From a virus (lineage: Duplodnaviria > Caudoviricetes): a stretch of 48,000 nucleotides of DNA. A program made the position numbers and the translations under genes. The notes under the pieces were generated by a model. The model did not search any database and had not been told where the DNA came from. It saw nothing but the letters and a program-made list of their open reading frames with translations. Location of the stretch: positions 1-48,000 of the IMG/VR virus record IMGVR_UViG_3300033555_000009; one strand, written 5' to 3'. The stretch's first letter is position 1, and the number at the start of each line of letters is the position of its first letter. Positions 9,578 to 17,262 of the stretch are shown here, in pieces.

Positions 9578-9606
9578 TTGACAGTGTAGATTTTAAGCCT
9601 CATACT
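9578..9606 (+). promoter_or_regulatory. sigma70 early promoter
   Basis: TTGACA-N17-CATACT. Confidence 0.75.
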
Positions 9607-9657
9607 GTACTCACTGTCTGGAAACAGACAACAAACCCACACAACAGAAAGCACAAA

Positions 9658-10230
9658 ATGACCACTACTAACAACAACGCACTCTCGCAAGCCAAAGCAC
9701 AATACGACAGCATTGCCTCGATGGTGGCAGCATTGAATGTGGACTATGATCGGCTGGAAGAATTACGGGATGAGGTGGCTGGCCTTGCTGCTGCCGTTGA
9801 TGTGGCAGAACAGGAGTACGCGGAGAATATGGATAGTGAGTCTATGTTAACCCTACAGTCTGAAAAAGACTCTCTTGCAGAATGGGAAGAAACTTACCGT
9901 GCCGAATTGGCAGAACTGGAAGAGGCAGTAGGCGATTGCGAAGACTCGTACAGCGCGCGCGAGCGTATCCAAGAGGATGCATTAGACGTACAGGTGAGGT
10001 CTGATTGGCACAATGTAGGGGGCGACAGCGCGCCGAGCGAGTTTATGATTCTTTTATGTACAGGTGGCCCCGCTGTTCGCATCATGGGTGAGCTTGACGA
10101 GTATTTACAGCCTTGCCGCGCATGGATTGAGGCGCAAGATTGGGGTACGGGTTGGGAGATGCTTGATAGTATACATGTAAGTCAAAGTGTGTTGCTTGAG
10201 TATTGCCAACAGTTCTACTTTGGAGAATAA
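9658..10230 (+). CDS. acidic conserved phage early protein
   Basis: coiled-coil N-half, ILLCTGGPAVRIMG...QDWG C-half; GAAAG RBS. Confidence 0.8.
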   Translation: MTTTNNNALSQAKAQYDSIASMVAALNVDYDRLEELRDEVAGLAAAVDVAEQEYAENMDSESMLTLQSEKDSLAEWEETYRAELAELEEAVGDCEDSYSARERIQEDALDVQVRSDWHNVGGDSAPSEFMILLCTGGPAVRIMGELDEYLQPCRAWIEAQDWGTGWEMLDSIHVSQSVLLEYCQQFYFGE

Positions 10231-10288
10231 GAACATAGGAGCCTCGCAAGAGGCGAACGATTGCCAACAGTTTTATTTTGGGGAGTAA
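10204..10288 (+). repeat. 27-bp imperfect direct repeat of a gene 3' end flanking a GCAA hairpin
   Basis: 10204-10230 vs 10262-10288; both read CQQFYFGE*. Confidence 0.8.
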
Positions 10289-10291
10289 ACC

Positions 10292-10657
10292 ATGGGCTAT
10301 ACAAAAACAATCACAGTGGATATAAACTGGCTAGACGCTATCGACGGGCGCACAGTGGAAGATGCTATTTTATATCTCCAGACATTGAATAAAAACTATA
10401 TCCTAGACTCCTATCTTGATGGTGACACGCAAGGCTGCGAGATTGTTGCAAGATTGTGTTATATTGTACCTATGACTAACGCCGAAATACTGGCCCGACT
10501 TGAGAATATTTTTACAAAACAAATTGTCGACCGTGAGCGGGGCAAGCAATACTATATCAACCGTGGGCAGCTTGACAGGGTGCCACAATCGGAAATGCTT
10601 ATTCTTGAATTGCAACAGAAATTAGCTGATGCTAGGGCCAAATACGGGGAACAATAG
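10292..10657 (+). CDS. hypothetical protein
   Basis: GGGGAG RBS. Confidence 0.7.
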   Translation: MGYTKTITVDINWLDAIDGRTVEDAILYLQTLNKNYILDSYLDGDTQGCEIVARLCYIVPMTNAEILARLENIFTKQIVDRERGKQYYINRGQLDRVPQSEMLILELQQKLADARAKYGEQ

Positions 10658-10774
10658 CATGCACACAGAAACACGTATAACACTTGTCATCATAACCCTT
10701 GCAATGGGCTGTGCATTGTGGATAGGGCATGCCGCCGAGAAGCGGGGAATGGTTGTTGTAAAACAGCTACACGT

Positions 10775-10821
10775 AAAATAATTTAAAATAAGCTTGTGTT
10801 ATTTTGCAGGTGTGCTATTCT
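10775..10821 (+). promoter_or_regulatory. sigma70 early promoter with UP-like element
   Basis: AAAATAATTTAAAATAAGC-TTGTGT-N16-TATTCT. Confidence 0.65.
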
Positions 10822-10865
10822 TAACACATCGGAACACACACACACCACACACAAGAGGCCACACA

Positions 10866-10994
10866 ATGAAAACGATAATCAAACACAAGTTTCTTTGCGT
10901 AGTGTGGTGTATTCTTCCGGTGCAAGCTAAGGGTGCGCTATATCGCAGGCATAGGGCCAAGATTGCTAACAGAACATCTATTTTTGTTAATTGA
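10866..10994 (+). CDS. small basic protein
   Basis: GAGG RBS, MKTIIKH... Confidence 0.5.
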   Translation: MKTIIKHKFLCVVWCILPVQAKGALYRRHRAKIANRTSIFVN

Positions 10995-11041
10995 AAATAA
11001 TTTAAAATAAGCTTGCACGGCCTAACAAACCGTGTAATAAT
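10994..11041 (+). promoter_or_regulatory. sigma70 early promoter with UP-like element
   Basis: AAAATAATTTAAAATAAGC-TTGCAC-N17-AATAAT. Confidence 0.7.
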
Positions 11042-11087
11042 GTGTTCTCTGTCTGGTAACAGACTAACAAACAACAGAAAGCAAGCC

Positions 11088-11252
11088 ATGCGTAAAAATA
11101 CTATTCGTACCTTCAAAAACGGCAACACTCGCAGCACTATCGAACACTTCCGCAAGGTGCATAAGAATCTGGGAATTCGCTGTGCGGCTGGCATGATGCG
11201 CAACAAGGGTATGAGCTTGGAAGCGGCGCTGTATGTTTTGTTGGGGAAATGA
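11088..11252 (+). CDS. small conserved phage protein
   Basis: GAAAG RBS; GIRCAAGMMRNKGMSLEAALYVL. Confidence 0.65.
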   Translation: MRKNTIRTFKNGNTRSTIEHFRKVHKNLGIRCAAGMMRNKGMSLEAALYVLLGK

Positions 11253-11494
11253 CTATGAAGGCTATCTTCCGCAAGTTTAAAAAAGAGGGTGACGTTATTG
11301 CCCTTTTCCATTGTATCTCGGCTAGTAATGGAATGGTGATGAGCTACCAACACATAGGGCAACATTCCGAAGCTGATTATAAAGGGTTGCTAAAAATCAC
11401 TGTGCTGGCAAACCCTGTTGAATACGGGCCGCTGTTGAAAGAGTTGGAAAGTATTTACGGATGCACTATTCAAGTGATTAAGGTGATGAAATGA
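11249..11494 (+). CDS. conserved phage protein
   Basis: FRKF..GDVIALF...SYQHIGQHS.A...LLKELESI pattern. Confidence 0.7.
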   Translation: MTMKAIFRKFKKEGDVIALFHCISASNGMVMSYQHIGQHSEADYKGLLKITVLANPVEYGPLLKELESIYGCTIQVIKVMK

Positions 11495-12083
11495 CAGCAC
11501 ACGAACTAGCAAGGGCATTGCTTGAAATGCCTGACGTAGAGGTTATTTTCTATGACACATGGAATCAGCCGCATAGTGTCTATCGATCAATTGTAGGAAG
11601 TAAAACAGGTAAGGTTGTACTAGATACTTACCAGGATTGTACACCCTCTGAAGAATACGAATGGGAATAGCCCTAGAACGCATTCTAAGCCCCCTACAAG
11701 CCCTTAACGTAGCACAGCGCATAGAAAGACATTAACAAGATGTTTAAACGCAGCTATGAGGCTGTGAGAGGGAATTACAATGAAAGACGCATTTCTAGTT
11801 GGTCTAGCTTACCCCTTCGGCCTGTTAGCTGAAACATTCGCACGTATTACATTGTGGATATGTGACGATATGGATGTTAATTTTAACCACTTGAAGGGTA
11901 GACAATGAAACGCTATTTTGTAACATTCTTTGACTGCAACAAACTAAACATGGCACAATACGAAGTGTATACAATGTCATTCCATGAGGCTGCACAGAAG
12001 GGTGAATACCTGTTGCAAGAGGTGGATGGGAAGTTCTTGCACCATGTGTTTAGTGTGGAAGTTTTGTTTGATAGGGTGGTGTG

Positions 12084-12281
12084 ATGAAAGTACGTATTGA
12101 TTGGCTAGGCAGCAGCGAAGGAATTGTCCTTTGCAAGCTATCTTGCGCTGGTGAGGTGATGGAAGAGTGTGCACCATTTGACTATGTGATTGGTCATTGT
12201 TACGTAGAGGGATACACTATCGAGAATACACAAGAGGTGCTTTGGTGGATTCATAGGAATTGCGATTTAAGGACTATTTAG
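12084..12281 (+). CDS. hypothetical protein
   Basis: coupled small ORF. Confidence 0.5.
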   Translation: MKVRIDWLGSSEGIVLCKLSCAGEVMEECAPFDYVIGHCYVEGYTIENTQEVLWWIHRNCDLRTI

Positions 12282-12290
12282 GGAGATGAT

Positions 12291-12485
12291 ATGGACACAA
12301 CAGAATACATGAACAACCTGACAGACGCAGAGCTACGCCAGCAAACGCTGGAATGTGTGGGCGACTTGGCTAAGGCTGCGGAGGAATATCCTAACACGGA
12401 ATGGCATGAGGCGTGCTTTGCTGCGCTGGTGTTGTTTTCTGGGGAGTGGGATAAGAGACAGATTAAATTGGCGGCGGTGCATTGA
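12291..12485 (+). CDS. hypothetical protein
   Basis: GGGAG RBS. Confidence 0.6.
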   Translation: MDTTEYMNNLTDAELRQQTLECVGDLAKAAEEYPNTEWHEACFAALVLFSGEWDKRQIKLAAVH

Positions 12486-12766
12486 TGCTTAAGCTTCCAG
12501 ACTTCATTAAACGGGCCGTAGAGCGTGCGATTCATGATGCGAGTAATCCGCAGGGCATGCACACTAACGGGCCGTGTATGGCTCGCATAGAGGTGTCACA
12601 GTTGAATGCGTTATTGCAGAGGGCTACACAAGAGATTGTCATTGGTGTCGATTGCTTGGATGACAATATTACTAGTGTGGTTGTGATGAGCAGGGTTAAG
12701 GATATCACTACGGTGACAGGGGAAGCTACTGTACAGCGTGGTAAGAGTGGAATTATTAGTTTTTAA
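12485..12766 (+). CDS. hypothetical protein
   Basis: TGATG coupling. Confidence 0.55.
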   Translation: MLKLPDFIKRAVERAIHDASNPQGMHTNGPCMARIEVSQLNALLQRATQEIVIGVDCLDDNITSVVVMSRVKDITTVTGEATVQRGKSGIISF

Positions 12767-12778
12767 TGGACCAGACAA

Positions 12779-12967
12779 ATGACATTACGCAAACCTACAC
12801 TATCAACACTACTTAACAAATATTCAGACGCTTGTGTAAGTCTTGCATGGGTGCAACAAGAGTGTGACGATTACAATGTTCCCGACGAAGACCTAGTAAT
12901 TGCCAAACAGAAAGAAAAGAATGCCAAAAATGCTATTATTAGGTTTGTTGCAGAACTGAGCAAATAA
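12779..12967 (+). CDS. hypothetical protein
   Basis: GGA RBS, operon context. Confidence 0.55.
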   Translation: MTLRKPTLSTLLNKYSDACVSLAWVQQECDDYNVPDEDLVIAKQKEKNAKNAIIRFVAELSK

Positions 12968-12970
12968 AAC

Positions 12971-12998
12971 TTGACAGGGACAATGCATGTGCTATTCT
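12971..12998 (+). promoter_or_regulatory. sigma70 early promoter
   Basis: TTGACA-N16-TATTCT. Confidence 0.7.
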
Positions 12999-13025
12999 AG
13001 CTATACACCAACAGGAGAACACAAC

Positions 13026-13301
13026 ATGTCCACTATCTACCGCTGCAAGAATCAAGTTGTTTCCTTCAACAAGCGTTCGGCAGAACTTAAAGCTGCTGCG
13101 ATAGCTGACGGTATGGACGTTCACACAGAATGGCAAGAGGGGGAGTTTGATTGTTTCATGGCTAGACACTCACAAAGTACTATCAAAGCTGGTAAGGCTC
13201 TATACGCTGAGTGTGGTGCTAACGTGAATTGCAATCCTACACTGTGGAGCACGACACCGGGCAAGGGTAGCGTAGACAGTAGTGTTTACTTGCAGAAGTA
13301 G
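13026..13301 (+). CDS. hypothetical early protein
   Basis: AGGAG RBS, MSTIYRCK... Confidence 0.7.
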   Translation: MSTIYRCKNQVVSFNKRSAELKAAAIADGMDVHTEWQEGEFDCFMARHSQSTIKAGKALYAECGANVNCNPTLWSTTPGKGSVDSSVYLQK

Positions 13302-13369
13302 CCCTCTACTAGCTCAGTCGGCGCATGCCTCTTAATTGTGTAATGCTATGCATTGTGCCCAACAAATAT

Positions 13370-13680
13370 TGTCTTACAGCCTTGCGGCTGCGCTAAGAGC
13401 TTTTGCACAATAACATTGTAGACCGTAAGAACCACGGCTGACGCGCAGCGGGAGATGTGGCGAGGGGAGCGCAGCGAGCCGATGTCCTGAGCGTAGCGAA
13501 GGATTCGCATGCCTTGATTGCTTTAGATAAGATAGCACTACAGACGCGGCCGACAGGCCGAAGTATCCACAGTGGGGACAGTAGGCCGGTAGGCAGACAG
13601 AGAACAAGGGGGTTGCTGTTGTCCTTGACTTTGTTAGTAGTGCTAACTTCTTTTTTCTTTTCTTTATTCAACCTTCTTTA
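13370..13680. other. GC-rich multi-hairpin element with pas/ssi-like motifs
   Basis: GAGCGCAGCGAG 13467-13478, GAGCGTAGCGAA 13489-13500, several hairpins, T-rich end. Confidence 0.45.
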
Positions 13681-13744
13681 TTAGTGCGCAAATAATGTAT
13701 AAAAAGAAGGGTGGTTCTTGCAATATATGCGCAATGGTTAATAC

Positions 13745-13772
13745 ATTATATGCGTAATGGAGAGACTAGCAA
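13745..13772 (-). promoter_or_regulatory. leftward sigma70 promoter
   Basis: TTGCTA-N16-TATAAT. Confidence 0.5.
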
Positions 13773-13775
13773 CTA

Positions 13776-13844
13776 CTGTATATCTGTACAGTGGTGTATA
13801 CATATGCAGTGCTGTTTGTACGTACAGGCTGTACATAATTACAT
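13776..13844. promoter_or_regulatory. array of four LexA-type (SOS) boxes
   Basis: CTGT-N8-ACAG perfect at 13776 and 13812, degenerate at 13794 and 13829; spacing 18/18/17. Confidence 0.65.
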
Positions 13845-13845
13845 C

Positions 13846-13874
13846 TTGACGAGAAGTAACAATCGTGCTATAAT
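13846..13874 (+). promoter_or_regulatory. sigma70 promoter
   Basis: TTGACG-N17-TATAAT with TG extension. Confidence 0.8.
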
Positions 13875-13889
13875 GAAAGCTTATACAAT

Positions 13890-14081
13890 ATGAAAGTGTC
13901 TATTAACTTAGATTCTAGGACGGCTGACTTGTTCAACCTTTTAAGGGGTGACAGGTCTATCGGTGCTTTCGGTCTGGAATGCATCATACAACAACTAACG
14001 ACTCTAAATAGGGGTAGCAATGACGAGACAAACACAATTCGATCTAACCAAGCACATTATGCAGAATGTGAATCTAAATAA
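13890..14081 (+). CDS. putative ribbon-helix-helix (CopG-like) regulator
   Basis: MKVSINLD alternating beta pattern, then two helices. Confidence 0.4.
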   Translation: MKVSINLDSRTADLFNLLRGDRSIGAFGLECIIQQLTTLNRGSNDETNTIRSNQAHYAECESK

Positions 14082-14589
14082 CTCCGGCCTGATGCAGCGT
14101 GAATATGATGTACTGCTACACTTGTCAATGCACCGTAATGGGGAAAGCGGTTTATGCTTCCCTTCTGTCGAGACGCTTGCCAATGAGTGCCATATTAAAA
14201 GCCGTACGGTAAATGAGGCTGTAAGAGGGTTAGAGGATAAGTGCTGGATGACACACACTCGCGGAGGACTGAGAGGCAACCGGGCAGTGTCTAACAATTA
14301 TGATCTTAACTTGCCTAAGATTATGGCATGTAGGGCAGAGCCTAAGCCAGATCGTGGAACGATTAAGAACAAGCTTACCAAGCCTTCAGAGCCCACTAAT
14401 GTGCAATCTAACACAGATACGCCATACCCGTTAGGTGATGCCGTGGTGGTGCCTAAGAATGAGTTTAAACAGCAATACTATGGCGACTGGTATCACTCTC
14501 AGGCAGACTATGACAAAGCTAAACGTGATAGAGAGGCCGAACAGCGCCGCATGAGGGAACTAGAGGACGACGAAAATTGTCCTTTTTAA
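14020..14589 (+). CDS. winged-HTH (HTH_36-like) protein resembling replication-initiator N-termini
   Basis: VLLHLSMHRN..SGLCFPSVETLANEC.IKSRTVNEAVRGLEDKCW...SNNYDL. Confidence 0.75.
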   Translation: MTRQTQFDLTKHIMQNVNLNNSGLMQREYDVLLHLSMHRNGESGLCFPSVETLANECHIKSRTVNEAVRGLEDKCWMTHTRGGLRGNRAVSNNYDLNLPKIMACRAEPKPDRGTIKNKLTKPSEPTNVQSNTDTPYPLGDAVVVPKNEFKQQYYGDWYHSQADYDKAKRDREAEQRRMRELEDDENCPF

Positions 14590-14617
14590 ACAACACACAA
14601 TTTCTTTCAATTTCCTG

Positions 14618-14645
14618 TTGACAGCTTGTAAGGTAGTGTGAGACT
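14618..14645 (+). promoter_or_regulatory. sigma70 early promoter
   Basis: TTGACA-N16-GAGACT (weak -10). Confidence 0.5.
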
Positions 14646-14717
14646 ATGTGTTCATTGGAGCAGCAAGCGAACGACAAGCGTAGCGCAGAATTGGAAGCGA
14701 ACAAACGAAAGCCTATT

Positions 14718-15005
14718 ATGACCACACAAGACATTGCAAACGAATTCATGGCAAGCTACACAGAAGCATCATGGGTGTATGGCCGTATTGCTGATGAAGT
14801 GTTGTACATCATGGGCAATGCTAAGACGTGCAACATTAACGCCTATGAGTATCTTGACTTGGACGTAGACAGCCGTGAACTGTGGATTGTCAACAACGTG
14901 TTGCCAGTGTTGCAGAATAAGGGATGGCCTAAGCATGGATCGAAAGACTTTCATTTGTCGGTGCAAGATGTCTGTCATAATGTGTTGTTTCCTTCGGAGG
15001 GTTGA
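14718..15005 (+). CDS. hypothetical early protein
   Basis: GAAAG RBS, MTTQDIAN... Confidence 0.7.
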   Translation: MTTQDIANEFMASYTEASWVYGRIADEVLYIMGNAKTCNINAYEYLDLDVDSRELWIVNNVLPVLQNKGWPKHGSKDFHLSVQDVCHNVLFPSEG

Positions 15006-15008
15006 GCG

Positions 15009-15197
15009 ATGAAAAATCAATACTACGAAGAGGGTTACAAAGCTTTTAAGGATGACTACAGCTATTTTAACAATCCTTATCAGTATGTAATGCAAAAGTT
15101 TGCTTTCAACAACTGGTGCGAGGGATGGGAGGGTGCAGAGTATGAGGATTGTCTTTCGCTTACACTCAAGCCTGACGTGTTGTTTGAGACAGCGTAA
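15009..15197 (+). CDS. Rmf/CrpP-fold-like small protein
   Basis: YEEGYKAF...NPY...W.EGW. Confidence 0.5.
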   Translation: MKNQYYEEGYKAFKDDYSYFNNPYQYVMQKFAFNNWCEGWEGAEYEDCLSLTLKPDVLFETA

Positions 15198-15204
15198 ATA
15201 AAGC

Positions 15205-15233
15205 TTGCAATGTGTTTTAATACGTGAGATGAT
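15205..15233 (+). promoter_or_regulatory. sigma70 early promoter
   Basis: AAATAAAGC-TTGCAA-N17-GATGAT. Confidence 0.55.
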
Positions 15234-15265
15234 TAGTTCTCTGAAGCGAACAACGAAAGCCTAAA

Positions 15266-15403
15266 ATGCACACAATCAAAAACGGTAGCGTTACATTCAT
15301 CAACGGTGCTGTATTCACTTGCGCCGAGTTGAAAGCAATGTTTGGCAGCGTGGACGAAGGCATCGCCACTGTAGCTCGCGCACTGGCAAAGGTTAAGCCA
15401 TGA
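15266..15403 (+). CDS. small hypothetical protein (45 aa)
   Basis: GAAAG RBS, MHTIKNG... Confidence 0.5.
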   Translation: MHTIKNGSVTFINGAVFTCAELKAMFGSVDEGIATVARALAKVKP

Positions 15404-15570
15404 ACATCAGAATTATATTCAAGAATAACGATAGCACAGTGTATGAAAACTTCGAGAGCATAAGTACGTATTGGAATGATGACGACAATAAACACTATTA
15501 CGCTGTAGTTGTAAATTGGACAACTAGAGAATATCTTGTTGAGGAAGTTGCGCAGATTCTTATTAGTTAA
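15400..15570 (+). CDS. small hypothetical protein (56 aa)
   Basis: ATGA overlap, MNIRIIFK... Confidence 0.5.
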   Translation: MNIRIIFKNNDSTVYENFESISTYWNDDDNKHYYAVVVNWTTREYLVEEVAQILIS

Positions 15571-15592
15571 CATTTTACTTAAGGCAAAAATC

Positions 15593-16045
15593 ATGAAACA
15601 TTCTATCCTAACAATCCTTTCCGCTTCCCTCTTCCTCTCAGCATGTGGAGGTGGGGGAGGCTCTAGCAACAATGCTCCTATTGCGGACAACAGCGCAGCC
15701 ATTAATGCAGCTATTCCCGGAGTGGCTAACAATGTACCTCTGATTAACGGACAGACTCCTAAACCCTTTACAGGTGCTTTCATGCTCATTGAAGGGCAGA
15801 GCATAGGCTATGTTAATGCAACGTCGCCTAGGGCCGCTGTGGAGGTTGTAGCGCGTATTGTGATGTCTGATACAGTAAAGTATTCAGGCTTCTATAAAGC
15901 CATGTTGTCCGACGCTGGTATGAAGGTGGAGGTTGTTGGGGAGAGCATGGGGAAGAGTCTGACTACTGGCGTAGTCATGTATGCTCCAAATGTGGTGTTT
16001 GTTGTCAAGGCGATGAAGGATGGGACTGTTGTTATTAGTGGATAG
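15593..16045 (+). CDS. lipoprotein
   Basis: MKHSILTILSASLF-LSAC-GGGGGSS signal peptide II and lipobox. Confidence 0.8.
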   Translation: MKHSILTILSASLFLSACGGGGGSSNNAPIADNSAAINAAIPGVANNVPLINGQTPKPFTGAFMLIEGQSIGYVNATSPRAAVEVVARIVMSDTVKYSGFYKAMLSDAGMKVEVVGESMGKSLTTGVVMYAPNVVFVVKAMKDGTVVISG

Positions 16046-16049
16046 TGAT

Positions 16050-16268
16050 GTGAGTCTTTACCATCCAAACGGTTTGCACAAATGCACACCTAGACACGTG
16101 CATAGCGCCTATGAAAAAGGCCGATGGAGCAGGGAGCACGGATTCAGGTTGCAAGATTGCCCTTACCAGTGGCGCACAGATATCTATCAAGAGTGGTGCA
16201 TCGGGTGGTTTGATGAGGATCAAGAGAGGTTAGTGCAAGATAATGTGGGGGAGTTTGGGGAGTGGTAA
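16050..16268 (+). CDS. ribosome-modulation-factor (Rmf)-like protein
   Basis: AYEKG......G.....CPY.......W..GW. Confidence 0.55.
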   Translation: MSLYHPNGLHKCTPRHVHSAYEKGRWSREHGFRLQDCPYQWRTDIYQEWCIGWFDEDQERLVQDNVGEFGEW

Positions 16269-16306
16269 ATAACCTACGAAGTAGTGACGAGCGCAGCGAA
16301 TAACCC

Positions 16307-16335
16307 TTGCAATGTCTCTTAAGCTGTGCGAGAAT
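16307..16335 (+). promoter_or_regulatory. sigma70 promoter for sRNA copy 3
   Basis: TTGCAA-N17-GAGAAT. Confidence 0.55.
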
Positions 16336-16339
16336 AAAC

Positions 16340-16374
16340 TTCTCAGCGGCGAGGGCCGGTTGATTAACCCAGAC
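16340..16374 (+). ncRNA. candidate hairpin sRNA, copy 3 of 3
   Basis: TTCTCAG-CGGC GAGG GCCG-GTTGATTAACCCAGAC; another promoter follows, not an ORF. Confidence 0.55.
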
Positions 16375-16426
16375 TCGACCATCTACAACACAAGGTAAAA
16401 CTAATTTAAAATAAGTGAAATAATCC

Positions 16427-16455
16427 TTGTATTCGGTCTGGTGGCGTGTAATGAT
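16427..16455 (+). promoter_or_regulatory. sigma70 early promoter
   Basis: TAATTTAAAATAAG upstream; TTGTAT-N17-AATGAT. Confidence 0.55.
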
Positions 16456-16494
16456 GGAATCACTGAAGCAAAACACATAACCCCGGAGCCTACC

Positions 16495-16743
16495 ATGACA
16501 CAAGTCACCATCATCAACTGCGCAGCCTACAGCATCAACAAAGCTACTGAGATGGCTTACCAGATCGACTACAGCGAGGGTACTAAGGTGCGCGTGGTAG
16601 TGGGTGCTGGCATGGTCCGCAATGAGTACCTGAAGGATGGCGCATGGGTGCAGAGTGGTAAGGCTTACGTGGTGGCACATAATAAGCAACGTCAAGCAGA
16701 GCGCGCCATCAAGACTGTGAAAGAGTGGATTGCAGTAGAGTAA
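16495..16743 (+). CDS. hypothetical early protein
   Basis: GGAG RBS, MTQVTIIN... Confidence 0.7.
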   Translation: MTQVTIINCAAYSINKATEMAYQIDYSEGTKVRVVVGAGMVRNEYLKDGAWVQSGKAYVVAHNKQRQAERAIKTVKEWIAVE

Positions 16744-16750
16744 GACAACC

Positions 16751-16768
16751 GCCCCGCAAGGGGCTTTC
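16751..16768 (+). terminator. short intrinsic terminator-like hairpin
   Basis: GCCCC GCAA GGGGC TTT. Confidence 0.5.
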
Positions 16769-16783
16769 CTATAAGGGTATAGC

Positions 16784-16939
16784 ATGGACATAGGGCAACT
16801 ACAAGAAGAGAATAACAGGCTTAGGCTTGCCATAGAGAACATCATCAAAGAAGCATGGGAGGATGACCGACTGTACACAGACCAGCGTACGTGGGTTGCT
16901 ATAGAGGCAACTATGCCGTTAGTAGGTGTGTATAGGTAA
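16784..16939 (+). CDS. small hypothetical protein (51 aa)
   Basis: AAGGG RBS, MDIGQLQEEN... Confidence 0.5.
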   Translation: MDIGQLQEENNRLRLAIENIIKEAWEDDRLYTDQRTWVAIEATMPLVGVYR

Positions 16940-16958
16940 GAACGTAGTAGAAATATGT

Positions 16959-16992
16959 AGAGGGCGCACTCGCAAGGGTAGCGCCTCTTTTC
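16959..16992 (+). terminator. intrinsic terminator ending the early gene block
   Basis: AGAGGGCGC...GCGCCTCT-TTT with GCAA loop. Confidence 0.65.
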
Positions 16993-17262
16993 ACGTTCCT
17001 GCTATGCACATAGATGATGCCTTACAGGGTGTAACGTCCTATCTATGAGGCGCATAGGGCCGCTATACAGGGGCTAGGAGGGCGTACTATGTACATGGTA
17101 GGGGTGTATGTAGGGCGGACAGTGGAAGGGCGTACAGGGGCGTATAGGCGTTATAACGTAGGGTTATATAGAAGCTTGTCTATATAGGGTGATGTGTATA
17201 ACACTACAGGTAGTGGTAGTCTATGATAGAACACTGTATGTAGTAGTGTGTATAAGGTGGCC

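Noticed and set aside
13305-13380. tRNA suggested by TAGCTCAGTCGG
   Set aside because: No closing D-stem, anticodon arm, T-loop or acceptor stem
13393-13684. Short ORFs on both strands of the structured element
   Set aside because: No convincing RBS; composition reflects hairpins and the T-rich tract
15217-16878. Minus-strand ORFs of 195 and 244 aa
   Set aside because: They run across plus-strand genes, promoters and an sRNA candidate
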